Below are positions 29,594 to 39,376 of a DNA stretch of 64,000 nucleotides, piece by piece; the stretch's first letter is position 1; the number at the start of each line of letters is the position of its first letter. The DNA is from a virus (lineage: Duplodnaviria > Heunggongvirae > Uroviricota > Caudoviricetes): the IMG/VR virus record IMGVR_UViG_3300027851_000011. One strand, written 5' to 3'. Both the position numbers and the translations under genes were made by a program. The notes under the pieces are model-generated. The model was not told where the DNA came from, did not search any database, and saw only the letters and a program-made list of their open reading frames with translations.

Positions 29594-30240
29594 ACGTTCT
29601 CGCGCGCATGGTAGGCCAGCATCGTGGTCTTACCTTCGTGTCCGTCCGTGTTGAGAACCTCGTGGTCCTCGGGGAGGTTCGGGCGCCGTCCAGCGATGTA
29701 GTCGACGAACGGGTCGCCGAGGACATGTGGCGTGGAGTGGTAGATGGACATCGGGATCGGCTGAACCTTCTGCTTGTCGAGAGGCCCAGACACGAGAGCA
29801 GCGTCCCACTTTTCGCGGTTGCCGTTCGGGTCTGTTCCGAAGCGGGTCGCCAGCGGGTGCCGAGCGAACGCATCGTCAGCTTGTGGGATGCGGCTCATGA
29901 TTCCGCTCAGGCCGTCATCGAATCGACGACCATCACCGATCCGCGAGAGACCGTTGCCGATCGCAGCGCCGCCCAGCATTCCGGCAAAGCCACCTCCCAG
30001 TGCAGCACCAGCAGAGTCACCGAGCACTCCGCCAGCGAGAGCACCAAGCGGCGTTCCGATCAGAAGACCAGTAGCCGTTCCAAGGGAGTGCCGTCGCTCT
30101 TCGCGTTCGCCGAGATCATTGACACCGTGAACGAGGCCAGCCCGTGCATTATCGTCAGCGGCGTCGAGCCGAGCGCGCATAGCGAGCTGGTCCGTGACGG
30201 CGCTGGCGATCTTCGCATGCTCGGTAGCCCAGAACTCCAT
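29590..30240 (-). CDS. Gly-zipper putative virion protein (MEFWATEHAKIA)
   Basis: Motif at the extreme N-terminus. Confidence 0.7.
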   Translation of the reverse strand: MEFWATEHAKIASAVTDQLAMRARLDAADDNARAGLVHGVNDLGEREERRHSLGTATGLLIGTPLGALAGGVLGDSAGAALGGGFAGMLGGAAIGNGLSRIGDGRRFDDGLSGIMSRIPQADDAFARHPLATRFGTDPNGNREKWDAALVSGPLDKQKVQPIPMSIYHSTPHVLGDPFVDYIAGRRPNLPEDHEVLNTDGHEGKTTMLAYHARENV

Positions 30241-30243
30241 GAC

Positions 30244-30615
30244 TCACGCCTCGTAGTGAATGACGTCGGGCTGGTTGAGCAGCGGCTTGGTCTTGAGCGC
30301 AGTGATCTCGGTCGTGATGCGGTTCTTCATCTCGACGCTCCAGCCCTTCACCTTGTTCACGGCCTCGCTGTCGACATTCGAGTCGAGCGAGAACTCGATC
30401 GGCATGCCGCTGCGGATATAGGCCAGAGCTGGCCCGCCGCTGAGGGTGAACGAGCTGACGGTGAGGTCAGCCTTGGTGTAGGGGATGGTGCCGAGCGTGT
30501 CGATGCGCGGCTCTCCGTAGGCGGTCATCAGCGCAACCTCAATCGAGGACGCTTCGGTCACGATCGAGGACTTGTAGATGCCGTTGGTCAGCGTGGTTAC
30601 GACGGTGATGATCAT
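30244..30615 (-). CDS. hypothetical protein
   Basis: AAGG RBS; 123 aa. Confidence 0.65.
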   Translation of the reverse strand: MIITVVTTLTNGIYKSSIVTEASSIEVALMTAYGEPRIDTLGTIPYTKADLTVSSFTLSGGPALAYIRSGMPIEFSLDSNVDSEAVNKVKGWSVEMKNRITTEITALKTKPLLNQPDVIHYEA

Positions 30616-30624
30616 GGCTGTGCC

Positions 30625-32796
30625 TTATCCGCGACCGGGGGTGAACAGGTTCTTCATGGCTGACTCATACGCGCTGTATGCCTTGGCGCGCTCGCCGACC
30701 TTGATCGAGATGCGCAGCGGCAGCACGATCTCATGGCCGCCAGCCGTCGGGCCAGACGAAGCCATGGCCGGCGCTTCGGGCGCAGGAGCTGGTGCAGCCT
30801 CAGGCTGCGTCGCCTCGTGGCCGCCAGCGTTCAGGACGGACGCCAGTTCCTGATCCGCGATGTTGTCCTCGGGCGTGCCCTCGCCTTCGATCTTGTTGGC
30901 CGCGTCGTGGGCCTCGTCTTCGGGCGTGCCGTCCACGCTCTCGGCCGTGTTCGGACCAGCGGCCTCGCCCTCGTTGATGGCCGACATGTCGTGCTCGCCG
31001 CTCTCGTTGCCGGGAACAGCCGTGTCCTCGGCAGGCGGCTCGTCGCCGCCCTCGGCCTTGGGCTCGCTCTCGCCAGCGGCCTCAGCACCTTCGCCTTCGC
31101 CGACGGGCGGCTCACCTTCGGCAGCAGCATCACCACCGGCAGCAGCTTCGCCCTCGCCTTCAGCAGCCGGAGCTTCGCCCTCAGCAGCCGGGGCTTCGCC
31201 ATCGGCGGCCGGTGCAGCACCGTCATCATCCGCCGGCATCTCGGTCGGCACACTCATCTCACCGCCGCCCGAGCCGTCGTTGTTGGCCTGGAACTGCGGG
31301 GGCGCCGCGTCCTCGCCGCTGCTCTCGCCCTCGGCCTTGTCCTCGCCCTTGTCGGCATCGCTGCCTTCAGCTGGCTCGCCCTGCTCGCCCTTGTCCTCTG
31401 ACTCGGGCTTCTCGCCATCGCCCTTGTCCTCTGACTCGGGCTTCTCGCCCTCGCCCTCAGCTACAGGGGCTTCCGATTCATCGCCGCTTCCGCTGTCGTC
31501 TCCAGCAGCCACCGGAGCTTCAGCGTCACCAGCACCCTCCGCACCGGCATCGGCAGCGGGAGCACCAGCGCCAGCGTCAGGTTCAGCAGCATACACAGAG
31601 TCTTCTCCAGCAGCTTCACCACTGGCAGCAGGATCAGCACTGGCAGCAGGATCAGCAGCAGGATCGCCAGCACTGGGATCGTCAACAGGGCCTGCACCAG
31701 CATCGGGCTCTTCGCCACCGCTGGTCGGATCTTCCTGTCCAGCCGATCCGTCCATGGCTCCTTCCTCGCCGGGCATGCCTTCGGGTCCTGCGTCACCTTC
31801 GCCTCCTTCGGGGATGACGTCGCCCGTGTTCGGGTCGACGCCGGTGTTCTGCTGGTACGCGTCGCCCGCGCCCTGCATCTCTTTCATGGCCTCCTGAAGC
31901 TGCTGCTCCTGCTGCGCGAGCACCTGCTCGCGCTGCGCCAGCTCCTGCTCCTTCTGGAGCAGCTCGACGACGATCGAGTCGAGCGGCATGAAGCTGCCGC
32001 TCTGCTGCTGATCATTCATCTGCGTGGCCTGATTCGACTGCTGCATCACTGAGCCGGAGCCAGTGAAGGCGTCGGTCAGCCCGGCCTTCTTGATTGCGGT
32101 GGCCCAGTCGAGCACGCAGGACTTGCCGGCGAACTTGTACTGTGCCTTCAGCCCGCTGGTCTTCTCGTCGCCGCTGGGCTTGCCATTGGCAATCAGCATC
32201 TTGCTGATGTCCTTGCCAGCGCCGAGCACCGACTCGCCCATCTGTGCGGCAAACGGGCTGCCATCGCCCTTGTTCTTAGCCATGTCGACGAGCTTCGAGA
32301 TCGTGCCGAGATCGAGCATCGGCATGCTCATCATCTGGCGCATCAGATCACCCATCAGCACCGTGTTGCCAGCGATGCTCGGCGCGACGCTGAACACGGC
32401 CTTGTAGATGGCCTCAGCGCGCATCGGATCGTGCTGGAAATACTCGGGGTGCAGTGCCTTCAGATGCTGGAGACCGACGCTGTAGGCGTTCTGGCTCATC
32501 AGCGACTTGACGCCGAGCATGATCGGAGCGGCAGCAGCAGAGACGAGCCCGAGACCGAGCCCGGCGCGCTGGAAGGCCGTCATGTCTGATGCGGTCTTCG
32601 ACTGCGCGTCCAGCTCTTCGAGAACGCCAGCAGAGATGGCCTCGAAGTCGTCCTGATCCTCGATCAGGGCCGCGAACTTCTTGTACACCTCGGCGTGGAG
32701 GTGAGCGGTGCCAGCAGCGCGTGCGCTGATCAGGTCGGCTTCGATAGAAGCAAACTTCTGGGCGGTCTCGACGTTGGTGCCGAACATATGGTTCAC
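30625..32796 (-). CDS. 723-aa protein with long acidic disordered region
   Basis: About 350 aa dominated by E/D/G/A/P. Confidence 0.7.
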   Translation of the reverse strand: MNHMFGTNVETAQKFASIEADLISARAAGTAHLHAEVYKKFAALIEDQDDFEAISAGVLEELDAQSKTASDMTAFQRAGLGLGLVSAAAAPIMLGVKSLMSQNAYSVGLQHLKALHPEYFQHDPMRAEAIYKAVFSVAPSIAGNTVLMGDLMRQMMSMPMLDLGTISKLVDMAKNKGDGSPFAAQMGESVLGAGKDISKMLIANGKPSGDEKTSGLKAQYKFAGKSCVLDWATAIKKAGLTDAFTGSGSVMQQSNQATQMNDQQQSGSFMPLDSIVVELLQKEQELAQREQVLAQQEQQLQEAMKEMQGAGDAYQQNTGVDPNTGDVIPEGGEGDAGPEGMPGEEGAMDGSAGQEDPTSGGEEPDAGAGPVDDPSAGDPAADPAASADPAASGEAAGEDSVYAAEPDAGAGAPAADAGAEGAGDAEAPVAAGDDSGSGDESEAPVAEGEGEKPESEDKGDGEKPESEDKGEQGEPAEGSDADKGEDKAEGESSGEDAAPPQFQANNDGSGGGEMSVPTEMPADDDGAAPAADGEAPAAEGEAPAAEGEGEAAAGGDAAAEGEPPVGEGEGAEAAGESEPKAEGGDEPPAEDTAVPGNESGEHDMSAINEGEAAGPNTAESVDGTPEDEAHDAANKIEGEGTPEDNIADQELASVLNAGGHEATQPEAAPAPAPEAPAMASSGPTAGGHEIVLPLRISIKVGERAKAYSAYESAMKNLFTPGRG
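31385..31449. repeat. 33-bp-period in-frame duplication (GEKPESEDKG x2)
   Basis: A 32-nt unit repeated at 31385 and 31418. Confidence 0.9.
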
Positions 32797-33573
32797 CTAG
32801 CGAAGCGGGGTGGAGTCGTCGACGGCGTGCATCGTGCGCGGATCGCGAGCAGTGGTCGGGGTGAGGAAGGTGTTGAGGCCAGCGGCCAGTTCGTTCCCAG
32901 CGCCGACGCCGAAATCATGCGCCTTCGCCTTCAGAACGCCACCGAAGCTGGCAGCCTTGGCGAGGCCCGACATGCCGGGCGACTTCGGCGGGGCAGCCTT
33001 GGCCGTGAACGCGTTGCTCGCACCAGGAGCCGGGAGATCCGGTTTCCGCTTGGGCCGTGCCGTCGGCTTGGGTGCCGCAGGCATCGTCGGGGCCTGCACG
33101 CTGCTCAGCTTGTTGCCACCTGAGCCGTTCTCAGAGCCGCCAGGGCCAGCGGTGCTCGGCGGCGGCTTCGGCTTCTTCATCATGCTGGCGACCTGCGCGC
33201 CGGTCCCGACGACGTTCGCCACCTGACTCGCAGTGCCGATCGCGTTCATAGCGCGTGCACCAAGGCTGAGAGCTGCCAGCGGATTCGCGACCTTGGACAG
33301 TGCAGCCATGCGCGTCATCTGCTGGTGCGGCGGCCGGGGACCGTTGCCCTGGTCGTCCTCGCCGTCACGACGCTGCTGAGGCTGCGGAGCCGGGCGCGGA
33401 GGCGGCATGGGCGGCGGCGGGGGAGCCTGCATCGAGCCGAGCAGCGCAGGCGCGACAGCGAGCACAGCCGGAGCGATGGCAGCAGTGCCTTGCACTGCTG
33501 GGTGGGTGATGAACTTGCCGAAGCGGTCCCCGAAGCCGGAGGCCGTGGCTCGGTTGTAGGGGCCAGCTGGCAT
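32797..33573 (-). CDS. Pro/Ala-rich hypothetical protein
   Basis: Coupled ORF containing SKVA and AKAA. Confidence 0.6.
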   Translation of the reverse strand: MPAGPYNRATASGFGDRFGKFITHPAVQGTAAIAPAVLAVAPALLGSMQAPPPPPMPPPRPAPQPQQRRDGEDDQGNGPRPPHQQMTRMAALSKVANPLAALSLGARAMNAIGTASQVANVVGTGAQVASMMKKPKPPPSTAGPGGSENGSGGNKLSSVQAPTMPAAPKPTARPKRKPDLPAPGASNAFTAKAAPPKSPGMSGLAKAASFGGVLKAKAHDFGVGAGNELAAGLNTFLTPTTARDPRTMHAVDDSTPLR

Positions 33574-34844
33574 TACTTCCTCGCCTCACGAACGCCAGCA
33601 AGCTGGTTCATCGCGTCAGCGATCTCCTTCAGCTTCAGCCCCATGTACTCCTTGGCGGCATGCAGGCGGGTCATGCGGCGCTGATCGCCGACCAGACCGC
33701 GCACTGCGATGACCAGTGAGTTGTTGCCGTTGACGACGCGCACGGGAAGCGTCTTGTTCGCGGCATTGCTGAGCCGGCTGGCATGGTTCTTCGGATCCTT
33801 CAGCGAGTCGCGGCTGCTGAGGATGTCCTCGGGCGAGCCCGGCTTGTCGTGCAGGTGCGCCGAGGTGAAGTCCTTGCCGTCTCCGACGTAGGCTTCGCTG
33901 TACTCGGCGGCGCTGGCCGTCTTGGTGTCGCACAGCGAGATGGTGTCAGCGTTGCACGGGGTGTAGCCGCTCTGCTCCTTCGCCCACTCCAGCAGCGCAT
34001 CGGTGTCGAGCGCTTCGAGCGCAGCGGGATCATGGTAGTCGCGGAAGCCCATCTTCGAGACGGTGACACCGCGCGCCTTGAGGCCGCTGATGACGAGGCC
34101 GAACAGCTGGTCAGCCTTCGCCTGCGCTTCCTCAGGCTTGGTGCTCTCTTCGGTGCAGGTTGCCACCATAGCGTCATAGAGGTCAGGCAGCGTCAGACCG
34201 GCTTCGATCAGCTCGATGGTCGACTGAACAGCCTGCTTCTCGTACTCGGTAGCCGTGGCAGCGACCTTCGCCATCTCGTGGTTGTTCTGGCGATCGAGGA
34301 TCTCCAGTTCGAGACGCGCCTTGTCGAGTTCGAACAGCGTGGTGCGATCCTCGACATCTGCGTTCGACGCGGCCAGCTTGTCGGCCTGCTCTTCGCTGAT
34401 GGCATGGTCGTAGAGGCTGAACGCCTTGGGCTCGCGGTACGGCGCTGCGAAGGGGTCGCCGCCGGCAGCGTCGATCTCGCTGGCGACCTTGTCGAAGGTG
34501 TCGCCGCCACGGTTCATGCCGTAGCCAGGGCCAGCACCGACAGCGACGGCTCCTGCATGCTTGCGGATCTTCGCGACAGCGACTTTGGCGTCGGCGACGT
34601 CGAACTTGAAGCGCTTGTCAGCAGCGGTCTTGTGGAGCGCGAGCTGCACTTCGCGGTTGGCGATCTCAGCGACTCGGCCGATCTCTTCAGCGCCGAGGTC
34701 TTCACGGACAGCCACCTTCTCCAGTGCCTCCTGCATAGAGCGGCCGGCGAGACCAGCAGCCTTCACTTCGTCGGCGAGCTGGGAGACGCGCATCTTGATC
34801 GAACTCATGGTGGGTGTCCTAGTGCCAGGATCGTGGTCTGGCAT
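33573..34844 (-). CDS. hypothetical head-module protein
   Basis: 423 aa with many KVA/KTA/KLA motifs; start may be 34808. Confidence 0.65.
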   Translation of the reverse strand: MPDHDPGTRTPTMSSIKMRVSQLADEVKAAGLAGRSMQEALEKVAVREDLGAEEIGRVAEIANREVQLALHKTAADKRFKFDVADAKVAVAKIRKHAGAVAVGAGPGYGMNRGGDTFDKVASEIDAAGGDPFAAPYREPKAFSLYDHAISEEQADKLAASNADVEDRTTLFELDKARLELEILDRQNNHEMAKVAATATEYEKQAVQSTIELIEAGLTLPDLYDAMVATCTEESTKPEEAQAKADQLFGLVISGLKARGVTVSKMGFRDYHDPAALEALDTDALLEWAKEQSGYTPCNADTISLCDTKTASAAEYSEAYVGDGKDFTSAHLHDKPGSPEDILSSRDSLKDPKNHASRLSNAANKTLPVRVVNGNNSLVIAVRGLVGDQRRMTRLHAAKEYMGLKLKEIADAMNQLAGVREARK

Positions 34845-34908
34845 GATTTATAGTCAGAAGCCGGGGCGCGTCATCTGGTTTCGCACGGCCAGAGCGCAAG
34901 GAAAGTCG

Positions 34909-36597
34909 TCATCGGTAGAAGCTGTGCGGGGTGTCCCAGCCATCTGACGTCATAGCATCTGTGATTTCAGTCTCGATGCTAGATGCCGAGATGTCGGCCT
35001 GCCCAGTGTGGCCGCCGAAGTCGCCACGGATCAGAAGCTCACCTCCGAGCATCGCGTAGGTGAGCGCATGACATCCGTCATCGGGGTTGATGTGCACGTA
35101 CGATGCTGAGTTCGTCTTCTCGTTGAACTCCATCGACACAGCGAGCATGTGATCGAAGAGAACGTCGCACTCTTCCTGACGCGGGAACGTGATCTGCTTC
35201 CGGCGAACGGTCTCGAAGGTGTCAGTCAGCACGTTGGTGCGCGCGAGATGCCACTTGCGCGTGCGCGGTTCCCACTTTGCACGCTGCGCCTTGCGAGCGG
35301 TCCCCTGACCCATGCCGGTGTGCCACATCTGGGCGACGCGATGTTCGCCCAACTTGTTGATGAGATGGAGGTTCTGGACGTGGCCAGCGCCCCAGTCGCA
35401 TGCCAGCAGTTGAACACGGCACTTCTCGGCGATGCGCGCGATCTCGTTCTCTTGGAACACCGAATCGGACTCGCTGCCCTTGAAGATCTTCCAGTAGTAG
35501 ACCTCGAACTTAGAAGGGAACGGATTCCAACCGCCGATGATGATGAACGTGTAGCTGTTCTCGCCGATGAAGGCCCAGTCGACGCCCATGACGAGCGGAG
35601 GTAGGCGCGGATCGTTCGGGTTCGGGAGTTCGTTCTTCCGGTCTGAGACGCAGCATGCGCACAGCTGCGCGAGCGTCACCGGCTGTGAACCGCTGTCGTA
35701 CGGGAGACCGAGAACCTCGTTGTAGAACTGCGCGGTGCTGTAGTCGCGCAGCTTCACAAGCAGCTCGCGCCACTTGTTCGGGTTGCTCATGATCGGTCGA
35801 ACGATGAGCTGCGGAATCCGGTAGGACTCCATCGTCACCATTGACTCGCGGCCCTTTTCGTGGTCCATCTGCCGTGCAGCAACCCACTGGCCCTTGTCAG
35901 TATTCAGCGGTTTCCCGCAGTGTTCGCAGATGACGCCGGTGTTGCCGATGTTCTTCTCAGTCCAGCTAAGGTTCCACTTCTTGCAGCCCGTGTGCTCGCA
36001 ACGAACGGCCCACTCGGCGCCCGTGCTGCGAGCACGGTACGCCTCCATGTGGTTGCCGAGGCTCTTCGGAGTGCCGCAGTACCAGTAGCTTGGGTTGAGA
36101 ACGCGGAACGCCAACTCCTTGATGATCGGAATGACGTCAGGCTGGATGTCCTGAATCTCGTCGAAGTAGATGTTGCCGGCCGAACGACCACGCAGGCGGT
36201 CTGCCGTGCGCTGTGCGTAGCCGCACGAGATCAGCGCACCGTTTGTCATCTGCTTGCGGAAGACTTGGTCGATCATCCCCTGACCGGAGAAGAAGCCCTG
36301 CTTGACGATCGGGCTCTCGACGAGGAAGTCCTTGAGGCGCTGCGTCGAGAACACCTCGGCCTGATCTTGCAGCGGCGAGACGTAGATCTGGCTGCTGTTC
36401 GGATTCTTGATGCCGTAGACGACTTGCTTTGCAGCGAGCGTCGTCGACTTCGCAATCTGACGGCCGGTGAACAGGCCAACCTCGGGGCACGAGGTGTTGA
36501 ACACGCGGCGCAGATAGGGGTATGAGTCGAGATCCAGCGGCTCTCCGCGCAGGCAGAGAACCTCCTGCGCAAAGCGGAATGGATCGACGACGCTCAC
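34909..36597 (-). CDS. terL: terminase large subunit
   Basis: Walker A-like TGRQIAKSTT, Walker B IYFDEIQD, nuclease motif MGVDWA, and C-terminal PDDGCHALTYA. Confidence 0.9.
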   Translation of the reverse strand: MSVVDPFRFAQEVLCLRGEPLDLDSYPYLRRVFNTSCPEVGLFTGRQIAKSTTLAAKQVVYGIKNPNSSQIYVSPLQDQAEVFSTQRLKDFLVESPIVKQGFFSGQGMIDQVFRKQMTNGALISCGYAQRTADRLRGRSAGNIYFDEIQDIQPDVIPIIKELAFRVLNPSYWYCGTPKSLGNHMEAYRARSTGAEWAVRCEHTGCKKWNLSWTEKNIGNTGVICEHCGKPLNTDKGQWVAARQMDHEKGRESMVTMESYRIPQLIVRPIMSNPNKWRELLVKLRDYSTAQFYNEVLGLPYDSGSQPVTLAQLCACCVSDRKNELPNPNDPRLPPLVMGVDWAFIGENSYTFIIIGGWNPFPSKFEVYYWKIFKGSESDSVFQENEIARIAEKCRVQLLACDWGAGHVQNLHLINKLGEHRVAQMWHTGMGQGTARKAQRAKWEPRTRKWHLARTNVLTDTFETVRRKQITFPRQEECDVLFDHMLAVSMEFNEKTNSASYVHINPDDGCHALTYAMLGGELLIRGDFGGHTGQADISASSIETEITDAMTSDGWDTPHSFYR

Positions 36598-37481
36598 GAC
36601 GGTTTCTCGTCGTTCTTCAGGTCACCCATCAGCGGCATGTCAGGTTCGTCGCCGTACTTCAGGATGATCTTGCCGATCAGTGCAGCAGCGGTCTCGCTGC
36701 CCTTCTCGCCACTGGCTGCCTTCACTTCCTTGATCTTCAGGCGGCGGTCCATTGCCTTGAAGATGGTCTCACGCTCCAGCTTGATGCGTGCCAGTTCATC
36801 GCGCGACGGATTGGGGATCTCGATCTTCATCTGCTGCGACGCGTAGTAGCTGTCGCTCATAAGACGGTCGAGAACCTGATCGCTGTCGAGCTGCACGCGA
36901 GCGCCGAGCTTCCAACGCGCATAGTCTTTCGGCGCGTTCATCAGGCGGAACTTGAACTGCGTCTCGTCCTGTCCGATGCACTGCGTGTACTCGATCCACG
37001 AGTCGCCTTCTGCGAAGTCCCGATCCATGAACAGATCAGCGAACTGCGCGATGTCGTCTTCCGTGATCGTCAGCTGATACATCGTGCGGATGTCATCGAC
37101 GATCGTGGAGAACGGGATCGCGCAGAGGATCATCGTCTCGATGCAGACGCGCAGCGTGTCGTGCTTGCGCAGCTTGACGAGGAACTCTGGAACGACGACG
37201 GTCAGTCCGGTCGGCGTCACAGAGAGCAGGTTGCTCAGCTCCAGTTCTGCTGCGGCCATCAGCTCGGGACCGTAGTCGAGCTTGCTCGGATCCTTCGTCG
37301 TCATCAGCGCCTCGACTTCGGGGCTGAGGTACGCGATCAGTTCGTCTCGGACGAACGCGATGGGATCACGAGGAAAACGAACACGGAAACGACCGCACAG
37401 CGTGTCCCGCACCGACTCAGGAGTGAGCGAAGCGTGGGCCGCGAGTGCGATGGCTCGGAGGATCTTCCGGTGCGGGACCAC
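36594..37481 (-). CDS. hypothetical protein, possibly terminase small subunit
   Basis: Overlaps the terL start; predicted helical; call is by position only. Confidence 0.35.
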   Translation of the reverse strand: MVPHRKILRAIALAAHASLTPESVRDTLCGRFRVRFPRDPIAFVRDELIAYLSPEVEALMTTKDPSKLDYGPELMAAAELELSNLLSVTPTGLTVVVPEFLVKLRKHDTLRVCIETMILCAIPFSTIVDDIRTMYQLTITEDDIAQFADLFMDRDFAEGDSWIEYTQCIGQDETQFKFRLMNAPKDYARWKLGARVQLDSDQVLDRLMSDSYYASQQMKIEIPNPSRDELARIKLERETIFKAMDRRLKIKEVKAASGEKGSETAAALIGKIILKYGDEPDMPLMGDLKNDEKPS

Positions 37482-37491
37482 TCGCGCCCTC

Positions 37492-39306
37492 CTACGCCGT
37501 GACCTCCGCCGAGGCGCTCTGGAGACGCTCAGCCACGCGGGCCAGCGCCTTCATCGCGACAGTCGTTGCGGTCTCGTCGCCGGGGAAGCCCATGCGGATG
37601 GCCAGCAGGAGACGCGCGAGCTTGCTCACGGTCTCGTTGAACTGGTCGGCGAGGCCGACGAACTCGGCGAGGTTGTCTTCGGTCAGGAAGCTGGCGCCGA
37701 GGATGGCGTCGACGCTCTCGGGGTCGCCAAGCGTCGCAGCGAGTTTGAGGCCCTTCTCCAGATCGAGGCGGATCTCGACGAGCGCTTCGGCTGCGAACTT
37801 GGGGGCGTCCTGGTGCGCCGCCACCTTGGTGGCCAGCTGTTCGAGCTGCGCAGGCAGCGTCGACGCGAAGCGGACGCTGCCGTCACGGCGCGCAGCGGCC
37901 ATCAGCTCGGTGGCGTTGTCGAGGTGGCTGTCGAGCAGCGTGGCGATCTTGGCCTCGCTGACCTGGGTGCTGAGGGGCTCGCCACGCAGGTTGAGCGTCC
38001 ACTGGTCGCCGTGGCAGATCAGCTGGTCCGGCAGCTTGCTGGCGAGCACGCTGGCGACCTTCTCGGCTGACAGCGCCGGCAGCTCCTGGTACTCGCCCAG
38101 CGCGAGCACCTGGGTGTTGGACGGGAACACCCACGCATTCGACTCGCTGTCGTGCATCGCGACCTTGGCACGGTTGTCGATGTAGACGGTGAACGGCGTG
38201 CCGAGATCGCTCTGCATGCGCAGCTCGACGCTGCGGGTCGCATCGTTCACGACCATCGACGCCAGCTTGGCCGGCGCAGTGAAGATGCCGTCGGTGTGGA
38301 AGACGAAGTGCTGGCCGACGCGCAGGCTGTTGGTGGCCGTCTTCTCCAGCACGGCTCCCGCGACCTTGGCCTCTGCTGCCTCATCCTTGCGGAAGCCGGT
38401 GACGGCCTCCGGCGCACGGGCGAAGGAGCTGTCGTCGAAGATGAACCAGCGCGCCACCTTCTCGGTCGGCTTGGCGAGGTTGATGGCGTCGAAGGCCACG
38501 GCGGTCTTGGCGCTCTCGTCGGCCACGAAGATGTCAGCGGCCAGGATCTCAGCCGACTTCATCTGCTCCAGATCCTCGGGCAGCGCGAGCAGCACGGCGT
38601 GCGAGCGCTCGATGCCGGCCGATGCCATCTTGGCCTGCACGCTGTTCTTCGGCTCCGGTGCCGCGAACCAGCTGTCGAGCACGGCGCCCGTCTCGTTCTG
38701 CGCGAAGCCAGCCACGATGCCGGCGTTCTTGCTGAGGATGGACGCTGCCTTCTCCTTCTGCTTCTCGCTGGCACCCAGGTAGGAGGCCAGGACCGTGCGG
38801 CCACGGAACGGGAGACGCAGGCTGGAGCCGTCCTCGCTGTAGCCGGTGTTCAGGTTGATGTGCTTCGGCACCGGGTCGCCCATGCTGCCAGCGTCGAGAG
38901 CCGAGGTGAAGCTGTCCTCGTTGAGCGGCACGACGGTGTCGTCGGTCATGTCGCCAGCGCCCTGCTGATCAGCCGCGTCATCGGCGGGGTTGTCCTGCCG
39001 GTTGATGAGGATGTCGAGCGGGGCCAGCTCCCAGTTCTTGATGATGACCGGGATGCTCAGGCGCGGTGCGCCGACGATGGAGACGAAGCCCATCGCGCAG
39101 CCGGCGGCATCATCCCGCTGGGTGAAGTTGACGATGGCACGGTCGAGCGGGATGTAGGGGTGCTCGCGCAGCAGCACCTGCGTGATCTCGTCGTCCCAGT
39201 AGGCAGGCGGCGACGTCAGGCGCGTGCCAGCCAGCTTGACGACCTCCTGTTCGGGGAGGTAGTCGGCCGGGTTGATCGTCTGCGGCTGCATGAAGAGGGG
39301 CGGCAT
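37492..39306 (-). CDS. 604-aa hypothetical virion-module protein
   Basis: Strong codon bias; repeated KLA/KVA/KTA motifs. Confidence 0.65.
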   Translation of the reverse strand: MPPLFMQPQTINPADYLPEQEVVKLAGTRLTSPPAYWDDEITQVLLREHPYIPLDRAIVNFTQRDDAAGCAMGFVSIVGAPRLSIPVIIKNWELAPLDILINRQDNPADDAADQQGAGDMTDDTVVPLNEDSFTSALDAGSMGDPVPKHINLNTGYSEDGSSLRLPFRGRTVLASYLGASEKQKEKAASILSKNAGIVAGFAQNETGAVLDSWFAAPEPKNSVQAKMASAGIERSHAVLLALPEDLEQMKSAEILAADIFVADESAKTAVAFDAINLAKPTEKVARWFIFDDSSFARAPEAVTGFRKDEAAEAKVAGAVLEKTATNSLRVGQHFVFHTDGIFTAPAKLASMVVNDATRSVELRMQSDLGTPFTVYIDNRAKVAMHDSESNAWVFPSNTQVLALGEYQELPALSAEKVASVLASKLPDQLICHGDQWTLNLRGEPLSTQVSEAKIATLLDSHLDNATELMAAARRDGSVRFASTLPAQLEQLATKVAAHQDAPKFAAEALVEIRLDLEKGLKLAATLGDPESVDAILGASFLTEDNLAEFVGLADQFNETVSKLARLLLAIRMGFPGDETATTVAMKALARVAERLQSASAEVTA

Positions 39307-39376
39307 GGCGAGAATCCTACGGTTGGCCTGATGTGGTACAAGCTAACGCACTGTGGCGACTTGGCGATAGCTATCG

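Noticed and set aside
34845-34856. T4-like late promoter TATAAAT on the - strand
   Set aside because: A single instance; I found no matching boxes ahead of other late genes.
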